The translations under genes were made by a program, and so were the position numbers. 64,000 bases of DNA from Mustelus asterias (taxonomy: Eukaryota). Under the pieces are notes generated by a model. It had not been told where the DNA came from. It ran no database searches and saw nothing but the letters and a program-made list of their open reading frames with translations. This document shows, one piece after another, positions 35,998-50,317 of the stretch; within the stretch, counting starts at the first letter, position 1, and each line of letters starts with the position of its first letter. The stretch spans positions 496,001 to 560,000 of the forward strand of contig NC_135823.1 in the NCBI RefSeq assembly GCF_964213995.1. The letters are read 5' to 3'.

Positions 35998-36406
35998 NNN
36001 NNNNNNNNNNNNNNNNNNNNNNNNNNNNNNNNNNNNNNNNNNNNNNNNNNNNNNNNNNNNNNNNNNNNNNNNNNNNNNNNNNNNNNNNNNNNNNNNNNNN
36101 NNNNNNNNNNNNNNNNNNNNNNNNNNNNNNNNNNNNNNNNNNNNNNNNNNNNNNNNNNNNNNNNNNNNNNNNNNNNNNNNNNNNNNNNNNNNNNNNNNNN
36201 NNNNNNNNNNNNNNNNNNNNNNNNNNNNNNNNNNNNNNNNNNNNNNNNNNNNNNNNNNNNNNNNNNNNNNNNNNNNNNNNNNNNNNNNNNNNNNNNNNNN
36301 NNNNNNNNNNNNNNNNNNNNNNNNNNNNNNNNNNNNNNNNNNNNNNNNNNNNNNNNNNNNNNNNNNNNNNNNNNNNNNNNNNNNNNNNNNNNNNNNNNNN
36401 NNNNNG
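35998..36406. other. Assembly gap (409 N)
   Basis: Run of N. Confidence 1.
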
Positions 36407-38499
36407 GGCTGAGAGAGCGAGAGATAATGATCCCTCTTACAGGGTAATGTAGAAGCAGGTGGCGGATTTAAATCTGAGATGGGGGTAATTTTACTTCTGC
36501 CAAAGAATGGAGAGTTTGTGGAATTCACTACGATAGAGTGTGGTGTATGCCGGGACCCTGAGTAAATTAAGGATCGGGTGGACGATCCTTTAATTCGGAA
36601 CGGTTTGAAGGGCTGTGATGAACAGGCAGGACAGTATATCTGAGGTTCAGATCAGATCAGCTATGATGGTAGTGAATGGCGGAACAGACGAGAGAGGCCA
36701 ATTTGCCCATTCATGCTCCTAGTTCTTATAATTCTTGTGTGTGAGAGAGAAAGAGTGACTGAGAGGGTGAGAGATGGGGGAAAGAGTGTTGTTGGGAGAA
36801 TGGTGGGGGGGGGGGGAGCGGGGGGGGGGGGGGGCACACAGCCAAAATATGTGGTAATTTGCTTCCTGTTGAATTTGCTTCCAACCCCATTTTCAGACAA
36901 TGGATTTAGAATGGAGTCAATGGGCAGCCTTGCGACGACAATTGGCAAATTATCAATGATGCTGCACATGGGCCAGGCAATGACTATGTCCAACATGAGA
37001 GAACCGAGACATTACACCTTGACATTCAATGGAAATACCATCGCTAAATCCCGCAGTATCAAATTCCTGGGCTTTACCATTGTCCAGAAGTTTAATTGGA
37101 CTCGCCATATAACTGTATTGATTGAAAGGGAATACCAGAGGCTAGGAATCTTGCAGCGAAAAGCTCGCCTCCTGACTCCACAAAGTCTTTTTGCCATCCA
37201 GAAAACACAAGTCACGACAATGTGGTTAGCACTACTACTTCACAGAGCCAGGGACCTGGGTTCAATTCCCGGTTTGGGCCATTTTCTGCGTGGAGTCTGC
37301 ACGTTCTCCCCGTGTCTGCGGAGGTTGCCCCTGGGTGCTCTGGTTTCCTCCCATAGTCCGCAAGACGTGCTGGTTAGGTGCTAAGTTCTGCCTCAGTGTT
37401 CGCGAACAGGCGCCAGAGTGTGGCGACGAGGGGATTTTCACAGTGACGTCATTGCACGTGACGTCATTGACGTTATGTAAGCTGACATGTGACACTAATA
37501 AATAAACTTTGATTTAAGTCAGAAGTGTGATGGGATACTTTCCACTTGCCCGCATGAGTGTTCCCCAGCAACATTCAAGAAATGTAGCGCCATTCAGTGC
37601 AAATCAGCCCTGTTTATTGGCATTATTTCCACAAATATTCACTCTTCCCATCTCCGAGGAACTGTACCAGCAGTGTGCACCATCTATAAGATGAATTGCA
37701 TATGCTCACTTAGGCTCCTTATAAAGTCTCTTCCAAATCCAGGACTGGAGCCTTCTCGAAGTAATCTGGGCACCAAATATAATGGAGCACCAACTCCTGA
37801 AGGTTCCCCTGACTTGGAAATATACCATCTGTTCTTCGCTATTGCTCAGTCAGAATCTTTGAAATCCCTTCTTAACAGCACTCTGGGTGTACCAATACCA
37901 CATGGTGTGCAGCGGTTCAAGAAGGCAGCTCATCATTACCTTCTCCAGGTCTTTTGGGGATGGGCAAATATGTCAGGACTGGCCAGCGACGCATACATCC
38001 CGTAAATGAATTTTAATAATTCAATCCTCTTTTCTGAATGATGCTCGTACCTGTGCACCATTTTCTTCTCAACTGGCACTGAGCTGAGGGATGCTTTGGA
38101 GGGCTGCCGGAGAGGCACAATGGGGGAAGGTCGAAGGCTAAGACAATTCTACCATTGCCCACCTTGGGGTGGGTAATGTTCTGGAACACCTCGCTCATAA
38201 TAAACGTATATGGTGAATATTAGACAGATCATAATTTTGTTCAAGCATCTCAGACTGTAACTTGATCAATGTGGGCAACGTTTCGTGCTATTTTACTTTT
38301 GCCACTGGCCGTTTTGAACTGTCTCTAACGTTCCTTTGACTCTATTGAAGCACATGCGAGGTAACATGAACTATGAAGAAAAGATAAACATCATGAAAAT
38401 GAAGATATTTTCAGTTGCAGAACAACGTCGCTTGATTAATATATAAATATAAGTCTCAGATATAAATGGACAATTAAATGAATCAGCTTGTGGAGAATA

Positions 38500-39100
38500 A
38501 GTGTGTGTGTGTCTGTCTGACTGTGTGTGTGCGCATGACTGTGTGTGCATGAGTGAATGAGTGAGAGTATGTTTGTGTGTGTCTGTGAATGTTTGTGCAT
38601 GCTTGTGAATGTGTGTGAATGAGTATGTGAGTGTTTGTGTGTGTGCCTGTGTGTGTGCATGTGTGTGTATGTATGTTTTTGAGTTTGTGAGTGTGTGTGA
38701 TTGTTTGTATGTATGTGTGTGTGAATGAGTGTGTGTTTGTGTGAGTGTGTGTGAGTTTATGTGTGCGTGAGGGAGTGTGTGAGTTTGTGTGAGTGAGCGT
38801 GTGTATGTGTGTGAGAGTGTATGTGTGGGAGTGTGAGTATGTGTGTGAGTTTGTGCGTATGTGTGTGTATTTATGTGTGTGAGTTTGTGAGTGTGTGTGA
38901 GTGTTTGTATGCGTGTGTGCGTGTGTGTGAATGAGCGGGTGTTTGTGTGAATGTGTGTGAGTATATGTCAGTGCGCATGTTTGTGTGTTTGCATGTGTGT
39001 GTGTTTGTCAGCGCGTGTGTATGTGAGTGTGAGTTTGAGTGCTTATATGAGTATGTATCTGTGAATGTGTGAGTGTGTGTGAGAGAGTGTCAGTGTGTGA
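38500..39100. repeat. Degenerate (TG)n/(TGAG)n microsatellite
   Basis: About 600 bp of TG-rich simple repeat. Confidence 0.95.
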
Positions 39101-40379
39101 TTGGATACACCTGTCTGTATGTAGATTTTTCTGAATGTTTGTGATTGCTTCCTGTTTCACAGTGGGTCGCTGCTTATTTCTTAAAATATCCACAAACCCC
39201 ACCTCCCAACACGCAGTAGGAAGTGGGAAACTGAAAAACAAATATGGGAAAAGCAATGATGTCACGCGGATACCTCTGTCAAAGAGCTAACACAATGGAC
39301 CGGATGGCTTCATGATTGGATGATACTCGGATACGGGATGGGCTAACTTGAACTCTTATTTAAGTATTTTTCAGTGTTCCAAATTAATATACATCCCAAA
39401 ATCAATGCGGAATCTCTCTGCTACACTGGGGTGTTTTGCATTTGAAAAGGGATGGAAAATAAATGGTGGGTCACAGAAAAGAAACCGGATGTTTTCCCTC
39501 TGATCAATTAGAGAGGCAGGATTTTCTTGTGAAAATAAACATTGAGACATGGAGACGCCCATGAAATAAAGAAACCACCCTGTCCATTCAACAGATTTTC
39601 CAAAATACTGACCACATTTGCAAAGTGTAAAAAAAAAGTTTTTATTTGATTTTGATTTAATTTGATTTTTTATTGTCCCATGTATTAGCACACAGTGAAA
39701 AGTACTGTTTCTTGTGCGCTATACAAAGCATACCATTCACACAGAAGGAAATGAGAGAGTGGAGAATGTAGTATTACAGTCATAGCTAGGGTGTAGAGAA
39801 AGATCAACTTAATATCAGGCAGGTCCACTCAAAAGTGTGCTGGCAGCAGAGAAGAAGCTGTCTTTGAATCGGTTGGCACATGTTCTCAGACTTTTGTAGC
39901 GGAAGACGGGGGAAGAGAGAATGCCCAGGGTACGTGTGGTCCTTGATCATGCTGGATGCTTTCCCCGAGGCAGAGCGAGAAGTGTATATTCAGCATTGTC
40001 GATTATATTCCATTGTATTTTTATAATTCCAGTGTGAAGCGAACATTAATCAAAATGTAGGGACTTTGCTGAGACTCCCTGAACCTGTATTGTTAATCCT
40101 GGAACTTCAGTGACAGTCAACATTTTAATGTCTTTGCAAGTGACGGTTTGTGCATAAAATACAATTACTTTTCGATGATAGCGATTCAGAAGAGAGTTGT
40201 ATTTATCAATAATTGACTCATAAATCGATGTGAAATGGTTCCAAGTGCAATTGACCATATCAGCATTGGATTTGATGCTGTGAGCGGTGGGTTGTCTGTC
40301 AGAGGTGCAATTTGTTTAACTCGTTACAGAATTAAAACACAACAGGGACTGGACACGGGCAGTGATGCAGGAATGTGAG

Positions 40380-40740
40380 GGAGGAGATGGCTTCGTGGTA
40401 TTATCGCTGCACTGCTAATCCAGAAATTGTGTTAATGTTCTGGTGACCCGGGATCGAATGCCACCACGACAGGGGATCGATTTTGAATTGACGAAAACAA
40501 ATCTGGAATGAAGAATCTACAGATGGCCATGAATCGATTTTCGAAAAAAAAAACGTCTGTTTCGCTAATGTCGGTTAGTGAAGGGAATTTCCCCACCTTA
40601 TCTGGTCTGGCCTCCGTGTCGACTCCAGAGCCACAGCAATGTGGTTGATTCTCATTAGCCCTCCGGGAGCAACTGTGAATGGGCAATAAATGCTAATCCA
40701 GCCAGCGACGCCCCGTGTCCCAAGAATGGATACAAAAAAA
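40380..40740 (+). mobile_element. SacSINE1-like SINE
   Basis: tRNA-like head; TCTGGTCTGGCCT..GACTCCAGAGCCACAGCAATGTGGTTGA core; GGGCAATAAATGCT..CCAGCGACGCC tail. Related copies at about 3765-4680, 27680-27940, 35715-35990 and 40930-41190. Confidence 0.6.
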
Positions 40741-41199
40741 CTTGTGATGGTTTCATTCTTTTTACACACAATAAAATATGTTTTTATGTGAGCCCTGCAC
40801 GTCAGATCCATTGGTTCATTGCACTGTGTTTTCGAAGTGGTCATATTTTTCAAGAGCCAAATTTTCCAAAACTTTCGCTCCTCTTCTTAATTTTCCTGCC
40901 CAACTTCCCTCTATTTCAGAGGCTATTTGAGAGTCAACCACATGGTTTCGGTATGGAGTCAAATGTAGGCCAGGCCAGATGAGGACGGCAGATGTCCTTC
41001 CCAAAACCAGTTGGATTTTACGACAATCCACAATCGTTTAATGGTCATCATTAGACTTTTAATCCCAGATTTTATTGAATTCAAATTTCACTATCTGCCT
41101 TGGTGGGATTCAAGACCTTGTCCCCCTGCACATTTCCCTGGGCCTCTATATTAATCTTCCAGCGATAATTCCACTGTGCCACTGCCTCGCATACCTATG

Positions 41200-41922
41200 A
41201 TGTGAATGGAGATGCCAGCGTTTGACTGAGGTGGCCACAGTAAGAATTCCCACAACAAAAGGTTATGGTCCAACAGGTTTGTTTTGGAGCGCTGCTCCTT
41301 CCTCGGGTGAATGGAGAGCTAGGTTCACAAACACGGCCTATATAGACAGAGACATAATTGCAAGATAATGGTTGGAATGCAAGACTTTACACGTAATCAA
41401 GTTTTTACATGTACAGACAATGCAAGTGGAGAGGGATAATCACACGTTAAAGAGGTGAGAATTGTCTCAAGCCAGGACAGTTAGGATGCTTTTGCAAACC
41501 AAGGCCAAATGTTGGGGGGTACATGGAGTGTGACATGAACCCAAAATTACATTTGAGGCCGTCCTCGTGCACGCGGTACTGTGCTATCAGTTGTGCTCGG
41601 CGATTCTGCATTGGCATGTGTCGTGTAAGCCGCCCTGGAGAACGCTTACCCGTGATTATCCATCTCTCCACTCTCATTGCCTGTACCTGTAAAGACTTGA
41701 TTTCGAGTAAAGACTCGCATTCTAACCATTTTCTTGCAATTGTGACTCTGTCTTTATAGGCCATGCTTGTGAACCCACTTCTCCAATCACCTGAGGAAGG
41801 AGCAGCGCTCCGAAAGCTCGTGATTCCAAATAAACCTGTTGGACATTAACCTGGCCAGTATCTGGGAGATGAATCTTACAATATAGTTGACCAGAAATTG
41901 GTGTTGTGAGATTTCTTACTGT
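41200..41922. mobile_element. Older Penelope-like element with inverted termini and GIY-YIG C-terminal remnant
   Basis: RRAQLIAQYRVHEDGLKCNFGFMSH; CTGAGGAAGGAGCAGCGCTCCGAAAGC motif. Confidence 0.7.
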
Positions 41923-43599
41923 CCCCTCACACCATAATAAAGATTCATTTCCATGAGAACGCTGTTATCATTGTACTATGCAACTACGAGGATGGTAGAA
42001 TGTAATCTTTATGGAGTTTTGCATTTTTCAGTTTTGTAATTCATATGTTACTAAATCCACGTTTGTGAGGCTTTGCAAGAAAGTTTTCAGTTGGCGATAG
42101 AGGGTTTCAGTGCACCTGGTTACACAGCTTCGGAGTCACATCAGTCGAAGCATTTTCACCTTGTTTACCCTTCAATCAAAAGGTACAATCAAATGAGGTT
42201 CAAGTGCAACCTTTGCAGTTTCTGGTCAACTATACTGTAAGATTCATCTCCCAGGTACTGGCCAACAAAATGCATTGCCGATTTAAATGAGCTTTGATTT
42301 TCCCTTTCTTGTTAATGTGAACTTTGATTATATTATCAACAGAAATGTCAGACAAACTCTGCAAAATTTTGCAGATCCGTGGAGAGAGAAACATAGTTTC
42401 ACAAACATTCACTCCCTCCACCACCGACACTCAGTGTGTACCATCTACAAGATGCTACAATAATTCAACAAAGTCCCTTCGAAAGCACCTTCCGATCCCA
42501 CGACCACTTCCACGTAGGACAACAGCAGTTTATACATGGGAAAACCACTATCTGCAATTTCCCCTCCGAGCAACTCACCATTCTAACTTGTAAATATATT
42601 GGCAGTCGCTGGGTAAAAATCCTGGAATTCCCACCCTAAGGGCATTGTGGGTCAACCCACAGGATGTGGACTGCAGCCTTTGCAGAAGTCAGCTCGTCAC
42701 CACCTTCACAAGGGCAACTGAGGATGGGCAATAAATTCTGACCAGCCAGCGAAGCCCATGTCCCACGAATGAATGAAGAACAAATTAACGTTTCGGGTTC
42801 ATATGACTCCTGTGCAGAACTTTGACTGCAGTGTTCGGTTATATGAAACAGATTTCAGTTTAGCATGAAGATACTGGTGTTACAATGGGTACATTGCGAC
42901 AGCAGGCTACACAGAATAGTCTTGTTCCATCCAGTGGACAAGATTATGGGATGGTCTAATCGTCGTGTTTACGTTTGGAAAATAATTCGATGGGTGGACA
43001 GGAAGGAAACAGTTTCCTCTGACGGGGCGGAGTGAGGGAGTCCATAACATGGGGTCAGAACTTTTAAATTACCGCCAGACCGTTTAGGGTTGATATCAGG
43101 AAGCGCTTTCCCAGTGTGCACTGGTACTCTGGATCACTATCCCCCAGAAAGCTCTCGATGCAGGGATAAATGCCATTTTGTTGGCTAATGCTATCGGGCC
43201 GTGTGTTCAATTCCTGCAACGACATATGGCAAAAGATAAATACAACACAAAACATTTGGAATTCAATTCTAATGTACAATTAAAAGCCGCTGTTGTAAAA
43301 AGCCCGTGTTTTAAAAAATGACGTGGCAACCACACAGTTAGTTCAAGCATAAATAGCCATGGCTAATATATGCTTGCAAACCAGTGACGTCCAAATCCCA
43401 TGAATGAACAAATTGAAGTAGTAGGGATGTCTATCTCTTGAGAAAACGGTCTCAAGCTTCCAATGTTTGCAATATCGAAGTTGCAACGGAAATACATCAT
43501 CACCTCAATGAAACGCCCTTTAAATTTTACTTTCATAATTAACTATTTTATTGTGAAGACCCGTGTATTTACATCCATTGATGTATCGATTAATCGACT

Positions 43600-43965
43600 G
43601 ATTTCCTCGATGCTTCCTGCTGCCTCGGAAAAGCAGCCAACATATCCAAGGACTCCACACACCCCGACATACCCTCTTCTACCTTCTTCTGTCAGCAACA
43701 AAAAAGATACAAAAGTCTGAGGCCACGTACCAACCGACTCAAGAACAGCTTCTTCCCTGCTACCTTCAGACTTATGAATGGGCCTGCCACATATAAAGCT
43801 GATCTTTCCCTACATCCTAGGTATGACTGTAAGAGTACATCCTGCACCCTTTCCTTTCCTTCTCCCGCGTGTACTCTCTGAAATTTATGTTTTGTCTGCA
43901 AGAAGCAATAGTTTTCATTGTATCCTAATCCATGGGACAATAACAAATCAAATGCAATCAAATCA
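43600..43965 (+). mobile_element. Rex1/Babar LINE 3' end
   Basis: Same 3' sequence family as 1-836. Confidence 0.7.
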
Positions 43966-44884
43966 GACATCTCCAACAAACAACATTCACACGCTGCCCA
44001 TGTTTTCTTCAATATGAAATATACCATTATTTAAAGAACAACAGGCCACTGTCCCGAAGTTTGTAACCTACACCAGCCTCCTCCCAACCACACTCTATCA
44101 CATCCACCCAACATGTTCTATTATTATCTCCCTCCTGTGTTGATCAAATTTCTCACTAAATGAGTATCTGATATTCAACCCAACCAAGCCCTGTCGTATC
44201 GAGTTCCACATTCTACGCAATGTCTAGGGAAGACCTTTCTGCTGAACTCGCCATTAGATATAGTAGGGAATATCCGGTGCTGGTGGTCCAATGTTCTTGT
44301 CTCCACTCATTTTTTATACGTCTATCCAATTGAATCTTTCATAGATTCCAAGACCTATTTTAGGTCATTCCTTCAATCGAATATTTTGTACTGTAAAGAG
44401 CCTGTGTAATTTTAAATGATATCATAACATTACATTACTGGTATCAATCTAGTAAAATTGTTGCCCACAGTTAAACGTCACCCATCAGTTCTGTACAGAT
44501 GTCCGGTAGCTTGACAGTCCAGTTTCACTGAACACATTTGGACTGGTGTACCAGACAGTTTAAACTCACATGCTCAATGCTTGAGTTTGGAACCATGTTG
44601 TAACGTGTTAGTACTTTAGATGCTCTCCTTCCTGCTCAAGCCCAAATGAAAATGCACAACAAATTAAAAATAAACATTCACACAAGAAAGGAACATATAT
44701 GTCGAGACTGTGCAGTAAACAGATAGGTCCAAATGTCAGCGTGCTCTTGGCATGGCGCAGGTTCCATTAGGCATTAAGAATGCCCAGTCGGTAATAAACC
44801 GTGGTCCTTTTTTCGTTGTTATTGATAATTCAGCCAAAAACAAAATTTGAGATGGCAGTCCCCCTTGGACTGACTCCACCAACG

Positions 44885-45414
44885 TCTCTCCTTTCCAAGG
44901 AAGCTAAGGAAATTCGGCATGTCCGTTTTGTCTCTCAACAACTTTTAAAGATGCAGCATAATAAAGCATCATTTCCGGATGGGTCACAGCTTGGTGTGGC
45001 TCCTGTACCGACCAAGATCTACCAAGGGTTATGAATGAAGCCCAGTCCATCGCACAAGCCAACCTCCCATCCATTGACTCTGTCTACACTACCCACTGCC
45101 TTGGAAAAGCAGCTAGCATAATAAAAGACCCCTTGCACCCTGTACATCCACTTTTCCGCCGTCTCCCATCGGGAACAAGATACAAAAGTCTGAGGTCACG
45201 TACCAACCGAGCAAGAACAACTTCTTCCCTGCTGCCAACAGACTTTTGACCTCACTTATATTAAGCTGATCAATCTCTGCACCCTAGCTACGACTGTAAC
45301 ATTACAATGTGTACTCTCCTTTCCTTCTCTATGAATGGTATGTTTTTTCTGCATAGCACGCAAGAAACAACTGTTTCCTGATACATGTGACAATAATAAG
45401 CCAAATCAAATCAA
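44885..45414 (+). mobile_element. Rex1/Babar LINE 3' fragment
   Basis: [35 protein letters not shown]. Confidence 0.8.
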
Positions 45415-45884
45415 ACATCCATGCTTTCTTCCAACGATGAGAAAACAGATGAAACGTTCTTAACTGCTCCATATCCCGGAAGCAGAATATGAGCTCTCAG
45501 TTCCGTTTGCCGTTTGATTCTGGGTTCTGCATTAAACGCCAGCCGGGCGTACTGAGTCTGTGACAGAATGGAAACACTGTTATCATGAACTAAACCATCT
45601 TCAGGGTGATGGAAAGGGGGAATGTATCCCTTCATGCCGTCCCCGGCTGTTAGTTAAATAATTTTGGAACACAATCCTTAATCCCCTTAACCCAATATAA
45701 GACCACTAAAAGGACTTTCGACAATTTCACTTGATGTCCCATTCTCAATGTAATTTATTGTGGCAGTGTTATAGAAAAGATTTATCGTGTTATGTGTCAG
45801 TATGCACCATGCAAAGTCACACAGGCACATTTAACAGCAAGTATGATTCTTGAAGTTAAATTGAAAATCCCGGAACCTGATCTA

Positions 45885-48800
45885 CAACAAAGAACAAAGA
45901 AGAACACAGCACAGGAACAGGCCCTTCGGCCCTCCAAACCAGCGCCGCTCATGTGCCCACCAGACCATTCTTTTGTATCCCTCTATTCCCAATCTGTTCA
46001 TGTGGTTATCTAGATAAATCTTAAACGATCCCAGCATGTCCGCCTCAATCACCTCGCTTGGCAGTGCATTCCAGGCCCCCACCACCCTCTGTGTAAAATG
46101 CGTCCTCGTGACATCTGTGTTGAACCTTGCCGCCCTCACCTTGAACCCGTGATCCCTTGTGTTCGTCACCTCCGACCTGGGAAAAAGCTTCCCACTGTTC
46201 ACTCTATCTATGCCCTTCATAATTTTATTCACCTCTATTAGGTCGCCCCTCATCCTCCGTCTTTCCAGGGAGTACAACCCCAGTTTACCCAATCTCTCCT
46301 CATAGATAAGACCCTCCATACCAGGCAACATTCTGGTAAACCTTCTCTGTACTCTCTCCGAAGCCTCCACGTCCTTCTGGTAGTGTGGCGAACAGAACTG
46401 GATGCAGCATTTCAAATGTGGCCCAACCATCGTTCTATACAGCTGCAACATCATATGCTCAACTTTTATATACTATGCCCCGTCCAATAAAGGCAAGCAT
46501 GCCACATGCCTTCTTCACCACCCTCTCCACCTGTGCTGCCACCTTTAAGGATCTGTGGACTTGTACACCCAGGTCCCTCTGTGTCTCTATACTCCTGATG
46601 GTTCTGCCATTTATTGTATAGCTCCCCCTTACATTAGATCTACCAAAATGCATCACTTCGCATATATCTGGATTAAATTCCATCTGCCATTTCTCCATCC
46701 AATGTTCCAGCCTATCTATATCCTGCTGTATTCTCTGACAATGTTCATCACTATCCGCAACTCCAGCAATCTTTGTGTCGTCCGCAAACTTACTGATCAC
46801 ACCAGCTCCATCTTCCTCCAAATCATTTATATATATATATATATCACAAACAGCAGAGGTCCCAGGACAGAGCCTTGCGGAACACCACTAGTCACAGACC
46901 TCCAACCGCAAAAAACCCCACCACTGTTACCCTCTGTCTTCTATGGCGAAGCCAGTTCTCCACCCATCTAGCTAGCTCACCTTTTATCCCGTGAGATTTA
47001 ACCTTTTGCACCAATCTGCCATGAGGGACCTTGTCAAACGCTTTACTAAAATCCATATAGACGACATCCACGGCCCTTCCCTCGTCAATCGTTTTTGTCA
47101 CCTCCTCAAAAAACTCAACCAAATTTGTGAGGCATGACCTCCCTCGTACAAAAACATGCTTTCTATCGCTAATGAGATTATTCAGTTCTAAATGCGCACA
47201 TATCCTATCTCCAAGAATCTTCTCCAACAACTTCCCTACCACGGACGTCAAGCTCACCGACCTATAATTACCCGGGTTATCCTTGTACCCTTCTTAAATA
47301 ATGGGACCACATTTGCTATCCTCCAATCCTCTGGGACCTCCCCTGTGTCCAGTGAAGAGACAAAGATTTCTGTTAGAGGCCCATCAACTGCATCTCTAGC
47401 CTCCCCAGGGTCGGATGACATCTATCCGAGATGAGGAGTCTAGGATAGATGTCATCTGCCCCTGGGGATTTGTCCGTCTTAATGTTTCCTAAAAAACCTA
47501 ACACTTCCTCCCTTGTAATTGAGATTTTTTTCTAACGGGTCAACACATCTCTCTGAGACACTACCAGTCAACATGTCCCTCTTCTTTGTGAATACTGATG
47601 CAAAGTATTCGTTTAGGATCTCACCTACTTTCTTTGGTTCTAAGTATAATACCCCTCCTTTGTCCCTGAGAGGTCCGATTCTTTCCCTAACAACCCTCTT
47701 GTTCCTAATGTATGTATAAAATCCCTTAGGATTCTTCTTAATCCTGTCTGCCAAGGACATTTCGTGACCCCTTTTTGCCCTTCTAAAACCCTGTTTGAGT
47801 TATTTTCTCCTTTCTCTGCGTTCCTCCAGTGCTCCATTTGTTTTTAGCTGCCTGGACTTCATGTATGCCTCTTTTTTCTTTTTGATTAGACCCACAATTT
47901 CACTGGTTATCCACGGCTCCCGAATTCTACCTTTCCTATCCTTGCTCTTTACAGGCACATGCCTGTCCTGCAGTCCTATCAACTGCTCCTTAAAAGACTC
48001 CCACATGCCAGATGTGGATTTACCCTCGAACAGCCTCTCCCAATCAACAGCCATCAAATCCTGCCTAATCCGGCTGTAGTTAGCCTTCCTCCAATTCAGC
48101 ACCTTACCCATAGGACAACATTCATCTTTTTCCATTACTATCCTGAAGATTACAGAATTGTGGTCACTATTTGCCACATGTTCCCCTACTGCAACTTTGA
48201 TGACCTGACCGGGCTCATTCCCCAGTACTAGATCCAGTATAGCCCCTCTCTAGTTGGACTGTCAACATATTGTTCCAAAGAGCCTTCCTGTACGCATTTT
48301 ATAAATTCTTCCCCGTCCAGGCCCCCAGCCTTAAGCGATTTCCAGTCTATGTGAGAGAAATTAAAGTCTCCCACTACAACAACCCTATTTTTCTGCACCT
48401 GTCCAGAATCTCCTTACATATCCGTTCCTCAACTTCCCGTGGGGTGTTGGGAGGCTAGCAAAGTGACTGCGCACTTCCTGTTTCTGCGCTCCACACACAG
48501 TGACTCATTACCTGACCCTTCCACATTGTCCAGCCTCTGTACCGCTGTAACATGCTCCCTAACCAGCATTGCTACTCCCCCACCTCTCCTCGCCCCTCCT
48601 CTGTCTCGCCTAAAACACCTGTACCCTGGAATATTCAGCTGCCAGTCCTGTCCTTCTTTTAACCAAGTCTCCGTCACTGCAACCACATCCAAATTCCGCG
48701 CAAGCATTAAGGCTCTAAGATCATCTGTCTTGCCCGTGATGCTCCTTGCACTGAAGCAGATGCACTCCAGACGTCCTGGCCCACTGGGGTCATCCTCCTC

Positions 48801-49420
48801 CAGAATGCTCTTCCTCTTAGGTAGCCTTGTCTTGGCCCCAACCTCGTCCCCAGCCTCCATGCTTATTGACCTATTGTTCTGATCCCCAACCACCTGCTAC
48901 ATAAGTTTAAACCCACCCGAACCACACTAGCAAAACTCCCAGCTAGGATATTCGTACCCCTTCAGTTCAGGTGCAACCCATCCTTCTTGCACAGGTGCCA
49001 TCCTCTCTTGAAGACTTCCCAGTGACCTACGAATTCGAAACCCTCCCTCCTGCACCAGTCCTTTAGCCACACGTTCAGCTGTGCAGTCCCCCTGTTCCTA
49101 GCCTCACTAACTTGTGACACTGGGAGTAGTCCAGAGATCGCTACCCTAGAGGCCCTGCTTTTTAACCTACGAACCCCCAACTCTCTGAATTGCTCTCGCA
49201 GGACCTCCCTGCTCTTTCTGCCTACGTCATTTGCACCAATGTGGACAATGACGTATGTCTGGTTACCCGTCTTTGTTAGGATGCTTCCTACCCGCTCAGA
49301 GACATCCTGCACCCCGGCACCAGGGAGGCAGACTACCATCTTGGAGTCTCGTTCACGCCCACAGAACCGCCTGTCTGTGCCTCTAGCCATTTCATCCCCC
49401 ACTACGATTGCTCTCCGGCC
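45885..49420 (-). mobile_element. Long CR1 LINE with ORF1 SGNH-esterase remnant, APE and RT, inside gene B intron 5
   Basis: 48962-49402 CLPGA..VHIGAND..DGLHLN; 48429-48893 VTETWL APE; RT pieces to 45882. Confidence 0.9.
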
Positions 49421-50317
49421 ACATTACACATGATAAGAAGCAATTCTATACTTACCGCCATTTCGTCTGGACGTGCTCTGTTATTCGCCTGTTCCTCGTC
49501 ATTGTGCCCGTTACCTGTTAAAAAAGAGCAGTTACAACTGATTGCAAATTGTCCGATTTCATACTGAACCGGATGTAAGTGAAAGTAATCGAGAGTCCCA
49601 CACAATTACGAAGTCTCCCTACCATCTCTTCCTCTCTGCCGGTTCCCGCAGATCTTATCCCTGACATAAGGGCCATTCCGAGAAGGAGAAGTGCCGCCGC
49701 TGGATTAATGTTAACTTTCTTGTTGCGATTAATGATATGGATAGGATTAAGGTCAGGGATAAGATTAGTGTTGAGGCTATTTTCGGGCGATACACTCAGA
49801 AAAAATAGGGTCTAAAACGGATAGAGGGAGTTATAGGATCCAGATACACACATAATAGATACAAAGGTTAATATAACCGTAAACATAAACAACAGGATGT
49901 GTGAGTGTCGCCCAAGTAAATAGAATTGGAAAGCTTAGGGACTAGGTGGAATTATCATCACCGTTCGTTAGGGGAACACTTGTGCTCCTGTGAATGGCTG
50001 TGGTGTTCATATTATCGAGTGGCTATAGAGCGATTGGGCAGCTGGGGACAAGGAAATTTTATTGTAATTGTACCGAAACAGAAAGTTATTAATTATCAGG
50101 AAAGATGGAATACGTTGAGGCTCTTTCGTTTAGACCTGATACAGAGGCTAAGTTATTGAAGCATAACTACCGAATGCGGAGACTGCAATTAACAATCACA
50201 AAAAGTTTGTAATGTATTCGTGTCGCAAGCAGGCTAGCATCAACACTGCAATGAAGAATACATAAATGTGCAAGTTTTGAAGCAAAAATAAACGTTGTAC
50301 ACAAATAACCAATAATC

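Noticed and set aside
35911-36528. Long ORFs in the track spanning this interval
   Set aside because: Artefacts of the N gap
38045-38095. YLCTIFFSTGTEL resembling a V/J end
   Set aside because: Preceded by a stop and LINE tail, lacks FGxG and a donor; too short to support
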